This document shows, one piece after another, positions 59,695-64,000 of a DNA stretch of 64,000 nucleotides. A program made the translations under genes and the position numbers. A model generated the notes under the pieces. That model did not search any database. It worked only from the letters and a program-made list of their open reading frames with translations, and was not told where the DNA came from. The stretch's first letter is position 1. Every line of letters begins with the position of its first letter. This DNA comes from Oikopleura dioica (Eukaryota; Animalia; Chordata): the NCBI GenBank assembly GCA_907165135.1, contig OU015566.1, positions 13,888,001 through 13,952,000 of the forward strand. The letters are read 5' to 3'.

Positions 59695-61245
59695 ATGGAT
59701 TTATCGTCTCTTCAAAATTTTTCAAGAGAACCCTTCTCAAGTCATCTTCCGAGAACATGCCCGTGAGATAAAAAATGTGTTTATAAGAAGTAAATCTGAT
59801 TAAAAGGGACGCAGAGTTACAGTCGGAATGCAATGATGCTTGTAGGATCGACTACAGCAGATGTCGACTTCTCTGCGAAACTGAGTATTGTCTCTCAATC
59901 TGCGATCGGGAATACGAAAGTAAGAGGTTCTAGCTTTTAGATGACTCGAAAACGATTGTAGATTGCCGAGCCAACTGTCCATGCGGAGAAAACTGCAAGG
60001 AAGGATGTTTGAATTGCGAGCACCCTCTTTGCGAAAACGCGAATGAGCTCAGCTCTGTTTTGATTATTTTCGCTGAGGGTTCGGAGCAGCCTGCGCTTGC
60101 CAATTTTCAAAGCTTCACCCAAGATTTAAAAGTAACACTTTTTTTTCATGATCTTTTATCAAAATATTCCAGATTTCTTTGAACAACAATGGTCCTGATA
60201 ATGAGGATTTTCACTCTTCTTCTGGATGTTCAGTTTGAGTTCTCGATCATAAAAAAATTAAAAAACTGATCTGATGATAGTTCTGAACTCCTATTTTAGT
60301 TTTATACAAAGGCCAAAATTACTTGTTCGGGGGTTGGTTGGGCGACGATTATCGCAATTATGGACCTCATATTCTTGATGGCTGCGATATTCTGAAAGCT
60401 TCAGGAGCGGCGTTTGATTTCAGCTGCTGGTACGGAGCGGTTGGATACTTGCCGACTGAGGACGATCCACAGGCGTACATAATGCTTTACCACGGATACG
60501 AGAACATCGTTCAAGGGTACTTTTTAATTGAAACAGCGGGGTAGCATGCATTCTTTTTAAATTCAGCTATGACGGCTCGACAATCCTTGAGACAAACTAT
60601 CCATCACCAGCGGATGCTCACTATTTCACCGGTGGACATGTTCCTGTTTATGACAAGAACCCAATCCTCATAGCTGGAGACAGAACTAACTCTGTTGAAC
60701 GCTACAGGTCGTATGACAGTTACTTTTTTTTAGCGATTTTTATTTTAGCCCGACTAGTTCTAGCTGGATAAAAGATGAAGGCCTTGAATTTCCTGAATAC
60801 GAAGCCTACTTTTATACCGCTGTTTGGGGAGACTTCGGAGTGGTCATCTTTCCCGGCCACACGTAAGTGAAGAACTAGTCCCTTAAAATTATCATCGACA
60901 GTGAGAGTACAAAAGTATGGCGACTTAACAACGACGAGTGGACTCACATTGGAGACGTTCCATGGGATCCATACATTGAAGGCAAAAGTGTCGCTTATGG
61001 CCGATATTCTGCTCGATCCGTGATGCTTTCAAATAATGAGGTTTGATTTGTATCTCATGTATCCTCTTTTATAACCAAAAAAGGCGATGGTTCTTGGCGG
61101 TAGATTTTACTGGAAATTTACAAAATTTACCTTCAACGAAGATTTCACTTCAATCGAAGGCGAGGATCTCGACAACTTACCTTCACTCGAATACTGGGAC
61201 GATCCCTTTGCCATTCTCGTTCCTGACGGCTACTGTATGCTTTGA
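59695..61245 (+). CDS. Cluster B gene 4: single Cys-rich module + kelch-like propeller
   Basis: MDLSSLQNFSRE...; ECNDACRIDYSRCRLLCETEYCLSICDREYE..ANCPCGENC; YKGQNYLFGG; ending DPFAILVPDGYCML-stop (61243-61245). Confidence 0.8.
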
Positions 61246-62598
61246 ATAATAAAAGTAGCTCAACTTCTTCGTCTTCTCTCTTTTTTTGACCTTTTCTTGT
61301 TTGGCGGCTCGGGTGTTTTGAAACAAACTGTTCAAAAAATGCGCAAAACAGAGTTTTAGAAAAGCTGAAGTGAAAATGTTATCGCCAAACAGAAAAACAC
61401 CGAGTGTATACAAAAATGGCTATTATTCATCAAGGTCAGGAAATAGGGCGGCTTTGAGGTGGATCAAGGCTGTTTTTTGTGGACTCTGGAAAAGTTTCAA
61501 AACGAATTTTTAAGGGAGTCGATTTTTGTTAAAATTGCTAAGAGAAACCCTTTATTTATCTCTGTTTACCCCTTATCATTGTTCAAAACGATGGATCTTA
61601 ATTCTGAATTGAAAAATTAAGGGTATTACTTCTTTAATTCTAAAGCTTGAAAAAAGTTATTTTCTTTAATCATCAAATATGGGTATCACCCTGAAATCAG
61701 CTTGTAAGCTGTAATAAATTGTTTCTATAAAATAAGGGTGTCACTCTGTAAGTCTCATAATTCATTCCGAAAAAATGAAATTTCATCTTTCTGACTCAAA
61801 TCTGAGCAGCTTTTTAATACCTTTCACCTTTCTGAATTTCAGTTGACATCATTTTCTAAATGTCTGAACCCCTCACCCTTTCACCCTTTGCCCGACCTAC
61901 CCAGGCATATGCTGGCAGTTGACCACACTAAGAAGTTGTAACTCGCTGATTTGGATTTTGTATTTTTGCGCGAACCTCAAAATATGTTCGGCGCAAGTTT
62001 TAAAACCGCTTTGACAACTCCTCCAGCCCCAAATTCCAAGATCTCGAGCTGTTTTAACATCATCATTTTTTAATTACTTTTCTTGCTTCAAGTTGAAAAT
62101 TTCCCGAAAAAGAGGGGGCGGCTGATAAGAGAGCGAATCTCCCGCCGAGATATAATTTTCTCTCGCTAAAACAATAAAGCCGCCTTATTTTAATGAACAC
62201 TCGTGTTGCAAATTCTAGCGCGGCGTTTTTCGAAAAACACTTGCCCAACTTGACAAGAGCTTTTCTTTGCTGTTTTCTTTGTCGATTTGTACGTATGAGC
62301 CTCTCTTTCTTCTTATCGCTGGAGGTTCGAGTTATGACTGGGAGGGCCTTAATTATTACGGACAGCGCTGTTTTCTTGGCAGGATTTATGAGAAGCGAAG
62401 GAAAAAAGAAGGGACGATTTCGGAATTTCGCGGCGAAGCAATTTGCATTTTGAGGAATGTTAATCGCCACAGGAGCTGTCCAAATCATCCCTTCCACAAC
62501 GAGATATAAACATTACCAAATCGAATTTTAGCGCCGCCATCGAATTTTTCTTGGCATTTCTTTACTAGCTAAGTATTTTTTATTACTTGTGCAGAGTA

Positions 62599-64000
62599 TT
62601 AATTAACAGTATAAATGAGATTTTTGACGAGAAAAGATGTTCCTGCGTCAAAGAAGAAGGTCACATCCTGATAGGAATATTGGAATGGAGTGCTGGCATA
62701 AAAATACAAAGGGCCAGAAGAATATGCACCCGATACGTCGTAAGATCCATCCAACACGACCGTCGCATCCATCTTCAATGAATACTGAAGCACATTACTG
62801 TCAGCAGTAGGCTTCATAAGAGGTGGGCTAAGAGAACTGTGCAAAAAATCCTGAGTCGGGGAATGAAAAATCTTTGATAAAAGCCGCCTCAATTAATATA
62901 CTAGCTCTTTTTAAGCCTATCAAATAAGCTAAGCAGCTTTTCAATAAAGATCTTTTAAAAGGTGATTTTGGTTTTTTGCACAGGTTTCTGAGCCCAGGAT
63001 AAGAGTATTTATTATCTGCTGCCGTTCCCCACGGTTACCCATAATCGTCATTTGCCCAAGTTAGGCAGATGACGACTTGGGCAAATGACGACGACTTTTG
63101 TCCGTAGCGCCAGTCAAAACCCGCCTTTTTTGAAATGCAAGCTCTACCCCCTTATTAGCTCGAAAAAATACTCTTGGCTTGAGTTCCAAAGTAAAGATAT
63201 TCCAATCTCCCTGATTACAAGGCTTCTCGATAGAGTGTTGACTGTATTCCAAATTTGGCTGATTAACTGCCAGATGATATTTATAATTTGAAGGGGATCT
63301 CCATATTGTCAATACACGGTTTCCGATATTGCCCGAATCAGCTCCATTTGTGACGTATAAAATGCTTATATAACTCCCCGAAGGCATTGAATCTTCGCAG
63401 AGAACATCAACACTGATTGTGAAGTGCAGTGCAGCAGTTGACGTTCCTATTAGTTGACCGAATTGGGGCGCAACCGGAGAAGAATCAATAAACTTCCAGT
63501 AAATCTGCTTCCAATTTATAGAGCACTACCAAAATAATTTTAAATGACATCATAATAAAGTACCTCAATATCAAAAGATGAGGCGACATCAACGCGATTA
63601 GAAACTCTTCTAAATCGAAACTGAGTTGGAGAGATCAATTCTCCTCCTAGTTTCAATCCATCGTTTGTTATTCCCAGAGTTGCAAATTTTGTGAGCTAGC
63701 TGAGCTGAGCTGAGCTGAGCTGTAGCTCAGCTAGCTCAGCTCAGCTCAGCTCAGCTCAATAGTTTTTCGAAAAGAGCCAGCTCAGCTCAGCTAGCTCAAT
63801 TTTAACCTCAGCTCAGCTCAAAAATTTTCAAATATGCCCCAGCTCAGCTCAGCTCATCTCAATTTTTTTGAAAAAATTCAGCTCAGCTCAGCTCAGCTCA
63901 GCTCAATTTCGACCTCAGCTCAGCTAGCTCAGCTCAGAAAAAATTTTCAAAAATTTGCAACTCTGGTTATTCCAGAGTTTTCAAGGATCTCTATCGTCAA
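62599..64000 (-). CDS. ConA/LamG-like beta-sandwich protein, 5'-truncated by the window edge; one exon interrupted by a MITE
   Basis: Spliced reading: LTIEILENSGIT[insertion]NDGLKLGG...SSFDIE/CSINWKQIYWKF...FTISVDVLC..SILYVTNG..GNRVLTIW..GDWNIFTLELK/..YSLKMDATVV..LYFYASTPF..LVKNLIYTVN-stop. The fold call is from pattern only, and one donor is not resolved. Confidence 0.65.
63045..63091. repeat. Perfect 17-bp stem hairpin in an intron
   Basis: TCGTCATTTGCCCAAGT-13 nt-ACTTGGGCAAATGACGA. Confidence 0.85.
63674..63966. mobile_element. 293-bp MITE with 17-bp TIRs, 6-bp TSD and an (AGCTC)n interior
   Basis: TTATTC-CCAGAGTTGCAAATTTT...AAAATTTGCAACTCTGG-TTATTC; the interior is a (GAGCT)n/(AGCTC)n pentamer satellite. 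Confidence 0.92.

Noticed and set aside
1-64000. Autonomous transposase/retroelement ORF, rRNA, snRNA or spliced-leader RNA genes
   Set aside because: No DDE, RT or integrase motifs in the ORF track, and no match by eye to the conserved RNA sequences. A profile search could still find degenerate fragments.

Overview
This is eukaryotic, AT-rich, intron-dense genomic DNA. Many introns are about 35-60 bp, and several need non-canonical GA-AG or GC-AG ends. That pattern and the gene families present suggest an appendicularian tunicate such as Oikopleura (inference, not verified). Genes read by hand: (1) a pentraxin/LamG-like + ZP-domain type I membrane protein (+); (2) three tandem kelch-like beta-propeller genes with interchangeable N-termini (cluster A, +); (3) a few small or coiled-coil genes; (4) a head-to-head identical pair of tRNA-Gly(GCC); (5) a KIRREL/NEPH-type 5-Ig receptor (-) with one apparent frameshift; (6) four tandem Cys-rich + propeller genes (cluster B, +); (7) a ConA/LamG-like gene (-) running off the right edge. 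Non-coding DNA is crowded with non-autonomous inverted-repeat elements, many flanked by TTAA, and with motif arrays (CCAAT, TGAGTCA, AGGTCA). I recognised no transposase, CRISPR array, rRNA or snRNA. The most striking signal is intron turnover apparently driven by short inverted-repeat elements. At least four unrelated insertions sit inside coding exons and can be spliced out in frame. The clearest is a 293-bp MITE with a 6-bp target duplication that supplies its own GT and AG. One cluster-B paralog has also precisely lost two introns. All gene models and coordinates were derived by hand, so exon edges may be off by a few bases.
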